From a virus (taxonomy: Duplodnaviria; Caudoviricetes), in IMG/VR virus record IMGVR_UViG_3300030450_002582, positions 1-51,305 of that record: a DNA stretch of 51,305 nucleotides. The stretch is one strand, 5' to 3'. Made by a program: the position numbers and the translations under genes. Of this stretch, positions 29,758-38,452 are shown in pieces; positions within the stretch are counted from its first letter, which is position 1; each line of letters begins with the position of its first letter. The notes beneath the pieces are model-generated. The model ran no database searches and was not told the origin of the DNA. It was given only the letters and a program-made list of their open reading frames with translations.

Positions 29758-29823
29758 GATTTCTCCTTTATTTGTTTAGTTGCCTTGCGAGGCGAGAATG
29801 TCTCCTTATGCAACTTGTTATTT

Positions 29824-30519
29824 TTATCTTACTGCGAAAGGCCCAGACGGAAATGTCATTGATATGTTGCGTTTGTTACTTTCGTTGTCGCCTAATTTAC
29901 TATAAAATTCTTTGATGTAATATTCTTTTCTTTCTAAATCTCCACGTTGTTCATGGATCATTGCTTTAACATAATCTACTACAGCTAAAGAAAGCATTTT
30001 ATTTAAATTTACATGAGATGTTTCACTAGGTGAAGAATCTTCAACTGGTATTTGAGTAATAGTAATTCTTTCTCCTGCTGTTTCAGCTGTAAAACTTCCA
30101 GCAGCTACTTCAAGAACTGATGCTGAAGCTTTATTAACGATGGTATAATCTCCATCATTACTTGTAGATCCTTGTATTCTTACTTTATCATTAGTAGCAA
30201 AATCTCCAAATCCATTTGTTAAATTAATTGTATCTCTAGAACTACCACCATCTCCATCTCCAAAAGAAATACTAGCTGAATTAGCTATAGCAGTTGTATC
30301 TTCTAAAGCTTCAGATATAAATGATTCATTAAGTGCTGTATATTCTATTCTTAATCCATCTTCTATATTTTCATCTGGGTACATTAATTCATTTTGTTGA
30401 GTTTTAAATACACCAGATTGAGTAATTCTTTCACTTGTTGATCCACCAAGAAGTTTATATAATAATAATTCTCTTCCTCTTAAATAATAAAACCATTCTC
30501 TATCTACATATGAACTCAT
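29824..30519 (-). CDS. Head-tail adaptor-like protein (C-terminal part)
   Basis: LRIEY strand and terminal helices LSLAVVDYVKAMIHEQRGD...YYIKEF typical of adaptor/ring proteins, with a central beta insertion. Confidence 0.5.
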   Translation of the reverse strand: MSSYVDREWFYYLRGRELLLYKLLGGSTSERITQSGVFKTQQNELMYPDENIEDGLRIEYTALNESFISEALEDTTAIANSASISFGDGDGGSSRDTINLTNGFGDFATNDKVRIQGSTSNDGDYTIVNKASASVLEVAAGSFTAETAGERITITQIPVEDSSPSETSHVNLNKMLSLAVVDYVKAMIHEQRGDLERKEYYIKEFYSKLGDNESNKRNISMTFPSGPFAVR

Positions 30520-30806
30520 GGCGAAGTATCCTCAATTAAGTAATTTGGTTGTGTCGTTATTCTTCTAATTTTTTTATATTTACCATCGCTAGTATCTTTA
30601 ACACTTACAGTTTCTAAAGAAATCATATCACCAGGTAATTGATAAACATTATCATCTCCGTCAACTGCTTTTATTACATCTTGTTTTCTTGATTTAATTT
30701 TTTCTTTGCTATTTGATTGTATTAAATGTATAGCATCTTTAATATGAGCAATTGTAAGAGTAGTCTCTTCAGTATTTGCTCTTTCCATTATTTCTTGAAC
30801 TGTCAT
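30516..30806 (-). CDS. Head-tail adaptor-like protein (N-terminal part)
   Basis: MTVQEIMERA...IKDAI...YQLPGDMISLETV pattern typical of adaptor N-termini. Confidence 0.5.
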   Translation of the reverse strand: MTVQEIMERANTEETTLTIAHIKDAIHLIQSNSKEKIKSRKQDVIKAVDGDDNVYQLPGDMISLETVSVKDTSDGKYKKIRRITTQPNYLIEDTSP

Positions 30807-31273
30807 TAATCTAACCCCAATGCTTCAATAGCTATATTTGTAGAACTACCTCTTCTTACTGTAAATGAGCTAACTGTACTTGAAGTTCCGTCTAATGGAA
30901 TAAACCAAGATTCGTTAGGCCCTAAATTTGCAATATGCTCACTATCTGCATATATTTGTATATCATCTAAATTAACTGCACCTAATACAGTTGAACTTGA
31001 AAATGCATAACCAGTATGTTTTATGTATATAAACTCAGTATCTCCATTACCAACGGCAACTCCCAATCCATCAGCTTCTAAATAATTAGGAGACCCGTCA
31101 GTTACTCCACCATAATCAATTGCTCCATTATAAGCAACTTTCCCACTCCCACCAAGAGTTTTTCTAATATTTTCATGGACAGTTGAAGTATCTAAACTTG
31201 CTCCATCAACTGCATCTACATTAACAACTGGAGTTGCTGATACTCTAAACCTAACGACGTGTCTTGTAGCCAT
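30806..31273 (-). CDS. Putative virion structural protein
   Basis: YIKHTG motif; apparent paralog of 24050..24535. Confidence 0.6.
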   Translation of the reverse strand: MATRHVVRFRVSATPVVNVDAVDGASLDTSTVHENIRKTLGGSGKVAYNGAIDYGGVTDGSPNYLEADGLGVAVGNGDTEFIYIKHTGYAFSSSTVLGAVNLDDIQIYADSEHIANLGPNESWFIPLDGTSSTVSSFTVRRGSSTNIAIEALGLD

Positions 31274-31279
31274 TTATAA

Positions 31280-32476
31280 TTACCTTTGAGATACTTGTTG
31301 AGATACCATTGCTGACCTAATGCTTTTTTCATTATTTTGTATATAAGAATTTATTTCAAGAACAGACCAATCGTAATATTTTTTTGATTCTTGACCATAA
31401 AAAGCTGCGTTTGCTGTTTTTGAACTAATCTTAGCTTGTTCTTCATTTACTTCAGCTGCGTATTTTGAAACATCTGCGCTAAAATGTTGTAAGGTGGCTA
31501 AGTATTCTTGATTTTCTTTTTGTAATAAAAGAGAAGTTTCTTGTTGTTTTTCATTTGCAGCTAATTGAGCATCTTGTTGTGATTTTTGAACATTTAATTG
31601 TGCTTGTTGAATTGCTTCTTGTAATTTTGCTTGATATTCTGCATTTTCTTTATTAAAAGTATTTAATTTATTTTGCATAGCAGATTGATAAGTATTTACA
31701 TAAGTTGAAATTTTTTGCAATTGAGCATTTGCTAATTCAATATCTTCATTCACTTCAATCATTTCCCCCAATATATCAAACCAGTGGCTGAAATCTATCA
31801 GATCAGCAGCATCACCTATTGTTCCTCCATCAATTGCTGCAGTTAATTCTTCAGTTGCCCCAGCTACTGTTGGAGGTGTATAAGTTGGAGGAGTTCCTAA
31901 ATTATTTAAAACTGTTGTATCCATAGTCGTAGTATCAATACTAGGACTTGTAAAGCTTGGAGTATTTGGAAGTGGAGGAGCAAATAAATTATCACTCCAA
32001 GTAGTCACTTCTGAAGAAGCTAATTTAGCAAACTCCATTGAAGTTGCTCTATAAATAACTGCACTTCTTAAATCACAATCATCATCTATTTTAGAAGAAT
32101 CTATGTAAAATATATATCCAGCATTACTGCCATCAGTTACTGGAGCAAAATGAACAGATCCTTGTTTGTGATACCAAGCTGGATGTTTTGCTGTAGCATA
32201 TTTTAAACTTGACGAATCTAATACCCACTTAGAATCTGACATTGGAATTTCTTTACAATTATATCCATTTCTTTCAACTGCGATAATTAAATCATTTTTT
32301 GTAAAAGAAATTGCACTTCCATCAGTTGATGCCGATGAGGCTGTTTGAGCCCATTTTAATAAATTTTTTGGGATACTGGCTATTAAAGATTTTTGAGCTG
32401 AAATAATAAACTGATCATTTGCATCTGTAACACCAGTGATATTTTCTATATCTAATTCTATATTTGTTGTTGCCAT
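31280..32476 (-). CDS. Adaptor/tail ring-like protein with Gln-rich coiled-coil insertion
   Basis: Follows the capsid genes; HPAWY...FAP and LRSAVIYRA motifs, a Pro/Thr linker, and a long Q/E/N coiled coil. Confidence 0.5.
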   Translation of the reverse strand: MATTNIELDIENITGVTDANDQFIISAQKSLIASIPKNLLKWAQTASSASTDGSAISFTKNDLIIAVERNGYNCKEIPMSDSKWVLDSSSLKYATAKHPAWYHKQGSVHFAPVTDGSNAGYIFYIDSSKIDDDCDLRSAVIYRATSMEFAKLASSEVTTWSDNLFAPPLPNTPSFTSPSIDTTTMDTTVLNNLGTPPTYTPPTVAGATEELTAAIDGGTIGDAADLIDFSHWFDILGEMIEVNEDIELANAQLQKISTYVNTYQSAMQNKLNTFNKENAEYQAKLQEAIQQAQLNVQKSQQDAQLAANEKQQETSLLLQKENQEYLATLQHFSADVSKYAAEVNEEQAKISSKTANAAFYGQESKKYYDWSVLEINSYIQNNEKSIRSAMVSQQVSQR

Positions 32477-32493
32477 ATAATTTTTTTTTAGTT

Positions 32494-32523
32494 ATATATG
32501 AGGGGCCGAAGCCCCCCATATAT
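32494..32523 (-). other. C(UUCG)G tetraloop hairpin after the capsid genes
   Basis: ATATATGGGGGGC-TTCG-GCCCCTCATATAT: 13-bp stem with one G-U pair on the - strand, and no downstream U tract. Confidence 0.7.
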
Positions 32524-32545
32524 TGTTTATATTAACTGTGAGGAA

Positions 32546-33055
32546 TTAACCTGCGTTAATAGCTGCAATAGCGTCTGGATCATTTCCATCAGTCATTAAA
32601 GCACCATTAACCATCCAAGCAGTATCATCCACAGCAATCAATCTTACACTATCTCCAGCTTTGCCACCTAGCGTTTGAGAATCATGAACAAAGTCCAGAT
32701 TGTCATAACTAGTTACTGTGCCAATAGCTGTAGCGTGAGCAATAGATTGAGCACTAGATTTAGTTTTAGTAGCTGAATTAACAACCAATGTTCCAAAGAA
32801 ACAATCGCCAGAAGATGCTACAATAGTAGCTCCAGCTGTTGTGTCAATAAAGAAACAAAAGTCAAATACCATACCTGCCACGGCAGATGGTAAAGTAACT
32901 TCAATAGCTGCTGCATTTACACAGATTAATTTACCTGCGTCTTCAGCCCCTAAAGTGGTAGCCGCTGTTAAGGTTTTAATACCTAAGTTTTTCCCACTTT
33001 GCAGTAAGTCTAACTTATCATCAGCTTTGTTTTGTCCGTATAAAGGATTAGCCAT
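32546..33055 (-). CDS. Capsid decoration / minor capsid protein candidate
   Basis: Directly after the major capsid gene; SD GGAGG; Ala/Gly/Thr-rich beta protein (VTLPSAVAG...). Confidence 0.55.
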   Translation of the reverse strand: MANPLYGQNKADDKLDLLQSGKNLGIKTLTAATTLGAEDAGKLICVNAAAIEVTLPSAVAGMVFDFCFFIDTTAGATIVASSGDCFFGTLVVNSATKTKSSAQSIAHATAIGTVTSYDNLDFVHDSQTLGGKAGDSVRLIAVDDTAWMVNGALMTDGNDPDAIAAINAG

Positions 33056-33066
33056 AAGTAACCTCC

Positions 33067-34662
33067 TTAAACCCAGACAGCGTGGGCTTCAGGCATTGAC
33101 CATTCCATCCCAGCTTCTGTTTGAATTAAGTCAACCCTTCGGTCAACACCACTATTCTCTAGAGTTTGTACTCCAACGTAAACTGCAGTATCACGAGATA
33201 ATCCATTACCAACCAATGGTCGATAAGAACAATGTCTCATGTTACAAGCAAAGATCTTAACTGGAGAACCATCCAAGTGAACATTACGAGCTACATTCAT
33301 ATCACCATAAGGTGTAGAAATAACTGTAACATCAACTCCAAAGGCTTTCTTTTTACCAACAATGTCTACATTGGCTCTTCCATATGAATTACCAGATGTG
33401 TCAGGTGTTGTAGCTCCTGGCTTTACCATCCCGACATTATTAGCAAAATATCCACTTAACTTATGCAACCAATTAAATACTTCTGTTGAACAGAAGAACA
33501 TTGTAGCTGCTGAGTTATTGTAACGTGGATCTAAGAACTGAGATAGATCATCAAGAAAGTCGTCTTGGCTTTTACTTGCCAAAGCTAAACCAAATTGATT
33601 TCCATAACTCAATACATAGTCAACTCCACCTTGAGTATATTGAATACCAGCTGCGTCTGTATATTGATTTCCAAACAATAGAGATGTTTCAATATCCCAT
33701 TTGTGTTCAATCAATTTTTCACGCCAGATTCTTGCAAACTCATTTGGTTCATACTTTAGAACGGTAGCACGAGTTGTGTTATCCATTGCCATAGCTGTTT
33801 TCCAAATTTGAGTTAAACCACTTCCTGTTGAGAAAGGGTTATCTTTCCAAGTTTCTGGGTATCCAGTTCCTTGGCCCCAAGAATTACCAACTACATAACA
33901 ACGAGCTGTTTCAAGTTGCTGAACAGTAAAGTTTTTCCATTCAGCCGCTGAAACATCATTTGTATTAGCAGATAAATCTTTCTGGGCAGTTGTTCCAGCA
34001 CCCCAACCAGATAATTCACTATTAGCAGAACAAGTTCTTACAATAGTCAATTGTAGTTCAACTGAATTAGCCGTAGCTGAAGTTGCACCTTCTGATTGTT
34101 GATTTGCTGCTTCTATTCTACCTACGATGTAATCATCTACTAAAAATGCATTAGCAGCTGTAGCCGCATTTGTATTTGTTGTTTGTAGAGGAACTTTTAT
34201 CATCATGCCCGGTAGAAAGAAATTAGGTCGTGTTCCATTATCACCTACTCGTAAAGAAGCTGAAGCTCCATACACTTGACCGATGTTGCCATCGTTCTTG
34301 TAATCGCTCATCATTCTTACCCAATAAGTGTCACCTTCTTCTACGTTACTTTGAGTAACTGTAGCATCTGTTGAAGCCAACCCACCTTGAGTTGTTCCAT
34401 GAGCTACAACATAAGCATAACGCTTATGGTAAGAAGGTCTTCTTTCTGTGAATTTAAACTGAGGGTCATCAGTTGGTTTTTTAGCTAATTTTGATACAAA
34501 ACGAAAAAATGGGTCTTGCGCAATTGCTAACTCACTAACTCTATCACCAAAGTTATATTTTCTCCGAAGATCGCCAGTACTAAGAGAACCACTAGGATCA
34601 ACTATCCCAGCGGTACTTTCAGTTAAACTGGAGACATCAGAAACGCCAAAAGAATCAGCCAT
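33067..34662 (-). CDS. Major capsid protein (HK97 fold, DUF5309/SU10-like)
   Basis: Follows portal and scaffold; TQIWKTAM, HKWDIETSLLFG, TQGG, STPYG and IQTEAGME motifs. Confidence 0.85.
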   Translation of the reverse strand: MADSFGVSDVSSLTESTAGIVDPSGSLSTGDLRRKYNFGDRVSELAIAQDPFFRFVSKLAKKPTDDPQFKFTERRPSYHKRYAYVVAHGTTQGGLASTDATVTQSNVEEGDTYWVRMMSDYKNDGNIGQVYGASASLRVGDNGTRPNFFLPGMMIKVPLQTTNTNAATAANAFLVDDYIVGRIEAANQQSEGATSATANSVELQLTIVRTCSANSELSGWGAGTTAQKDLSANTNDVSAAEWKNFTVQQLETARCYVVGNSWGQGTGYPETWKDNPFSTGSGLTQIWKTAMAMDNTTRATVLKYEPNEFARIWREKLIEHKWDIETSLLFGNQYTDAAGIQYTQGGVDYVLSYGNQFGLALASKSQDDFLDDLSQFLDPRYNNSAATMFFCSTEVFNWLHKLSGYFANNVGMVKPGATTPDTSGNSYGRANVDIVGKKKAFGVDVTVISTPYGDMNVARNVHLDGSPVKIFACNMRHCSYRPLVGNGLSRDTAVYVGVQTLENSGVDRRVDLIQTEAGMEWSMPEAHAVWV

Positions 34663-34716
34663 TTTATTATAACCTTTATTTTATTTTCATCAATATTTGT
34701 CCAACTGTTATAGTTA

Positions 34717-35583
34717 TCATCCAAACATTGAATCCAGTTCTTTGTCAATTCCCAAAATTGATTCAAAGATATTGTCGTCACCGGACTTTTGAGGAGTCCC
34801 TTGACTACCAGCTTTGGCAGCTGATTGAGGTTTACTTCTAACCCTTTGCATTTGATCTTTCATCTCTTCACGAGTTGAATTTGCGACTTGCTTATCACGG
34901 CCTTCCCTATTCTTTAAATAGTAAATGTCATCAAGTGTAAGAGTTCTGGATTTACCATACTCTACAAAATCATTCCATTCTTCATTAGACATTTTATGGG
35001 TGTCTCTAAAAGACTTTTCTGCATTCTGAGTATCACTTAATTTCTGTTGATTCTGTTGAAATGCAGATAATTTTCTTTGAACAGTCCCATCAATGACAGA
35101 TTGAAGCACTTTTGCAGAATTTGAATCGCCATCAGATATAGCTTCGTCTGGATCAAAAATAAAATCATCATCTAAGCCAAGTTGTTCTTTGATATTTTTT
35201 GGGGTTTTACCACCATCCTCAAAATAATTTCTAACATGAGAAATTAAATTAGGATCTTTTTTCATTGCATTGAGAATTGGAACATATGGTTCAAGATTTC
35301 TTAACTCTGAATTTAATCTACGAGCTTCACTGCTTGAATCATTATATCTTTTTTCCCAATTATGTCCTTCTTCTGAACCTTCTTGAGTGCTTGTTTCCAA
35401 GGTTGACTCAGGTTGCATTTGTTGGACATTTTCTGCTGTGGCTTCTTCAGGCTCCAGTATACCTTGATTTACCTTTCGGTCAAGAGCTTCAAAAAAATCG
35501 TCAGCGTTTGGACTTGTACTTTCATCAGGGCTATCGGCGGGGAACATTTCCCCAGATAGGTTGTCTGCTTTAGTTTCAGCCAT
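34717..35583 (-). CDS. Capsid scaffolding protein
   Basis: Acidic N-terminus, WEKRYNDSSSEARRL coiled coil; lies between portal and capsid. Confidence 0.75.
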   Translation of the reverse strand: MAETKADNLSGEMFPADSPDESTSPNADDFFEALDRKVNQGILEPEEATAENVQQMQPESTLETSTQEGSEEGHNWEKRYNDSSSEARRLNSELRNLEPYVPILNAMKKDPNLISHVRNYFEDGGKTPKNIKEQLGLDDDFIFDPDEAISDGDSNSAKVLQSVIDGTVQRKLSAFQQNQQKLSDTQNAEKSFRDTHKMSNEEWNDFVEYGKSRTLTLDDIYYLKNREGRDKQVANSTREEMKDQMQRVRSKPQSAAKAGSQGTPQKSGDDNIFESILGIDKELDSMFG

Positions 35584-35624
35584 TTTTACTCCTTAATTTA
35601 TGATACAACACAACAATAAGTAAA

Positions 35625-37868
35625 CTAGTTTGTCATTTGCTTTTTCTTAGCATCAGCAACTGCCATTCCAAGTTCTTTTATTTTTGCAGTAGTATCATTT
35701 TTTAGTTTATCACGAAGCATGCTTTGTGCAGCTTCGGTATCAAGTAAGTCTTTTTGTATTTTCATATTAGCATCTTGTACTTTAGTATTTATTCCAGATT
35801 GTACAAGTTGCCTTTCTAAAGTTTCAATAGCACCTTCTCTATCTGTAAGAACTCCTTGCAATTGTTCAACTTGATTTCTTAATTGCATATATACACTTTT
35901 TCTTTTAATAATAGATTCTTTATTTCGTATATCAGTTTCAGCTATCATAGCTATATCATCTATTAATCCAGATTGATACCATTTAAAATATTCTTCTAAT
36001 AATGCCCATCTATTTAATGGCAATGTAGAACCTCCTATAATTCTTACATCAAAAGCGGCAGTGGCATAATCATTCCATTTTCTAATAGCTTTTCCATAAT
36101 CATTAAATATTGGAACATTAATTTCTATTGATCTTTCTTCATCTATATTATTTGGATTTACTATCCTAAATACTTTATGCGCTTGATATGTATGTTGAGA
36201 AAAATCTTTAAATATTTTTCCTAAATGTTCTAAGGAAGGCTCTATAATATTTTGCATCCAAGCTTTTATTCTTCTTGTTCCGTATTCATCCATAGCTAAT
36301 AAACCACGATAAGTTTCTGGAGAAGAACCAGTGTCTCCTTGCATTGATGAATAAATTCCAGATGTATACTCCATATCTCTTTTAGCATTTTCAGTAATAC
36401 CATAAAAAGCTGAATTTAGTGGAAGGGGTTGCACTGGAGATGGAGGGGCAAATCCTTGTCTATATTTTAACAAAGCACCTGGTGAAGATGAATATTTTTC
36501 CCATTCTTCTTCTGGAACAGATCCTTCTTCATACATCCATCTTAAATTAGATGCTAAATTTGCATTGTGAATCATAATTTGATGGGCTTTATTTAATTCT
36601 TTTTGTTTACCGACTAAAGGAGATACCGCTCCTAATGCAAATGGAGTTCCTGTGTGTTGATATACAAATGGAACTATTGGATATTCTTTAACTGGTAAAA
36701 TACTATTATGTAAAATTTTATCTCCAGCTACAATACAAAACTTAACCCTATTTTCGTAAAACTTTATTGCATCAACAACATTAGCTATTAAATTAGGATC
36801 TTCCTTCATTATATTGTATTCAAATTCTGTTACAACTCTATTCTCTACTTTAGATTTTGCATCCGCTAATTGACTTTTTATAACAGTTTTTCTTTGTTCT
36901 AATTCAGCTTCCATCGCTTTTTGAGACTTTTCTATTTCTAGTAAAGCTCTTTCTTCTATCATTTCTCCTTGTTCTACCATTTGAGATAATTTCAATTTTG
37001 ATTCTTCAAGCTCTACAAACATTTCTTTAGCTAATGCTTCTACTGAATCATTGGCATCTTTTTCAATTTGAGACATTTGCTCTGGAGAAGGAGGTCTATT
37101 AATAAATAAATTGATATAGGGTATTTTTTCTTTAAAATAAGCTTCATAATAATCCACTATTTCATCATTTTCGCCTTCTTTAGTATATGCAGAATTTTTT
37201 ACATCAGAATTAAATATAATTTCAGTATCAGTTATATCTCTTTCACTATAATTATCATTTGTTAACTGATTAGATTGTATATTTTTTATTTTTCTTTTAT
37301 CATCTGGAAACAATCTTATTAATTGTTCTTTAGGTATATCTTTTTTAACAATAATATAACTAGCATCTCTAAATAAAAAATCCCTAGAAGTTGGATCTAC
37401 ATAAACATCAAATGGGTTAACTGAGTTAAATATAACTTCACCCATTCCCCTATCTTGATCTGGATCTACATCTACTTGTAAATAACCAATGCCCTTTACT
37501 AGAGCATCTTGAATAACACTTGAATAAATACTATTTCCATTTGAATTAGCCCAGCAATAATCTGCAATATCAGCATGTACAGCAGCTACGTCTGAATCAC
37601 TTCCATCAGCTCCCACAGCTTGCCATTTAGGATTATTTGCAGTTGCAAAAAATTTCATCATTTCAATTACTGGAGTAATTCTATTAATAACAAAATCTGG
37701 CATACCGGCTGATTGCAAATTATCTTTTTCAGATGCTGTTAATTGCTCTCCAAGAAAAAATTCATAATTTTTTTGTGCATCATGTTGCCATTTAGCTCTT
37801 TCAGTAGAATTTGCTTTTGTAAATAAATTTACAATATTATCTACTTCTTTTTTAGATTGTCTTGCCAT
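35625..37868 (-). CDS. Portal protein (P22-like)
   Basis: EFFLGEQ, INRITPVI, DALVKGIG, YPIVPF, QKELNK motifs and a C-terminal coiled-coil barrel; 747 aa. Confidence 0.88.
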   Translation of the reverse strand: MARQSKKEVDNIVNLFTKANSTERAKWQHDAQKNYEFFLGEQLTASEKDNLQSAGMPDFVINRITPVIEMMKFFATANNPKWQAVGADGSDSDVAAVHADIADYCWANSNGNSIYSSVIQDALVKGIGYLQVDVDPDQDRGMGEVIFNSVNPFDVYVDPTSRDFLFRDASYIIVKKDIPKEQLIRLFPDDKRKIKNIQSNQLTNDNYSERDITDTEIIFNSDVKNSAYTKEGENDEIVDYYEAYFKEKIPYINLFINRPPSPEQMSQIEKDANDSVEALAKEMFVELEESKLKLSQMVEQGEMIEERALLEIEKSQKAMEAELEQRKTVIKSQLADAKSKVENRVVTEFEYNIMKEDPNLIANVVDAIKFYENRVKFCIVAGDKILHNSILPVKEYPIVPFVYQHTGTPFALGAVSPLVGKQKELNKAHQIMIHNANLASNLRWMYEEGSVPEEEWEKYSSSPGALLKYRQGFAPPSPVQPLPLNSAFYGITENAKRDMEYTSGIYSSMQGDTGSSPETYRGLLAMDEYGTRRIKAWMQNIIEPSLEHLGKIFKDFSQHTYQAHKVFRIVNPNNIDEERSIEINVPIFNDYGKAIRKWNDYATAAFDVRIIGGSTLPLNRWALLEEYFKWYQSGLIDDIAMIAETDIRNKESIIKRKSVYMQLRNQVEQLQGVLTDREGAIETLERQLVQSGINTKVQDANMKIQKDLLDTEAAQSMLRDKLKNDTTAKIKELGMAVADAKKKQMTN

Positions 37869-38248
37869 TATTCCCTTATTTCTACATGAACTAAATCGTC
37901 AAATGCGTTATCTTTAATTTCACCATCTGAATCCCAATCGCCACCCCAACGAATTTTTAGTCCTAATTGATGTCCTATACCTCTTAACATTCCACCCATA
38001 TAATGAAATCGCTCTCTATCTTCCCAGTCTATCGGGTAAGGAGCGAGATCAACAGCTTTTCCTTCTAGATGTTTGGAATACTTAGTTTTAGTTTTCCCTT
38101 GTGCTAATAATTGCTCCTGCCGCTCCTTACTCCGAAGTCCTTCTATAATCGTAACGTCCATTATTTTAATTAACTCGTTAAGAACATTTACTAATTTAGC
38201 ATCTACGCCTTTTAATCGGTCTTTACTTCTTTTACCAAATTTAGGCAT
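37868..38248 (-). CDS. M15-family endolysin (L-Ala-D-Glu peptidase type)
   Basis: EGLRSKERQ, SKHLEGKAVD, RWGGDW and DLVHVE: the Zn ligands of T5-like M15 lysins. Confidence 0.9.
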   Translation of the reverse strand: MPKFGKRSKDRLKGVDAKLVNVLNELIKIMDVTIIEGLRSKERQEQLLAQGKTKTKYSKHLEGKAVDLAPYPIDWEDRERFHYMGGMLRGIGHQLGLKIRWGGDWDSDGEIKDNAFDDLVHVEIRE

Positions 38249-38251
38249 ATT

Positions 38252-38452
38252 TTATTTATATTTTTTTTGAGACATTAAAGTGTCTAATTTTTTAGGAGCA
38301 AATGATTTACCTTTTGGCATAAAAGATTGCCAATATGAATGCTTTGGTCCTCCTACATCTATTTCAGTAGAACCCATTTTAGATCTTGTTTCCAAAGATG
38401 ATTTACCCATGCTTTTGGGATTTTCAATATTATGTGTACTCTTTCCAGCCAT
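38252..38452 (-). CDS. Small basic hypothetical protein
   Basis: Part of track ORF 38252..38467; the likely ATG at 38452 overlaps the terL stop (TAATG). Confidence 0.55.
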   Translation of the reverse strand: MAGKSTHNIENPKSMGKSSLETRSKMGSTEIDVGGPKHSYWQSFMPKGKSFAPKKLDTLMSQKKYK

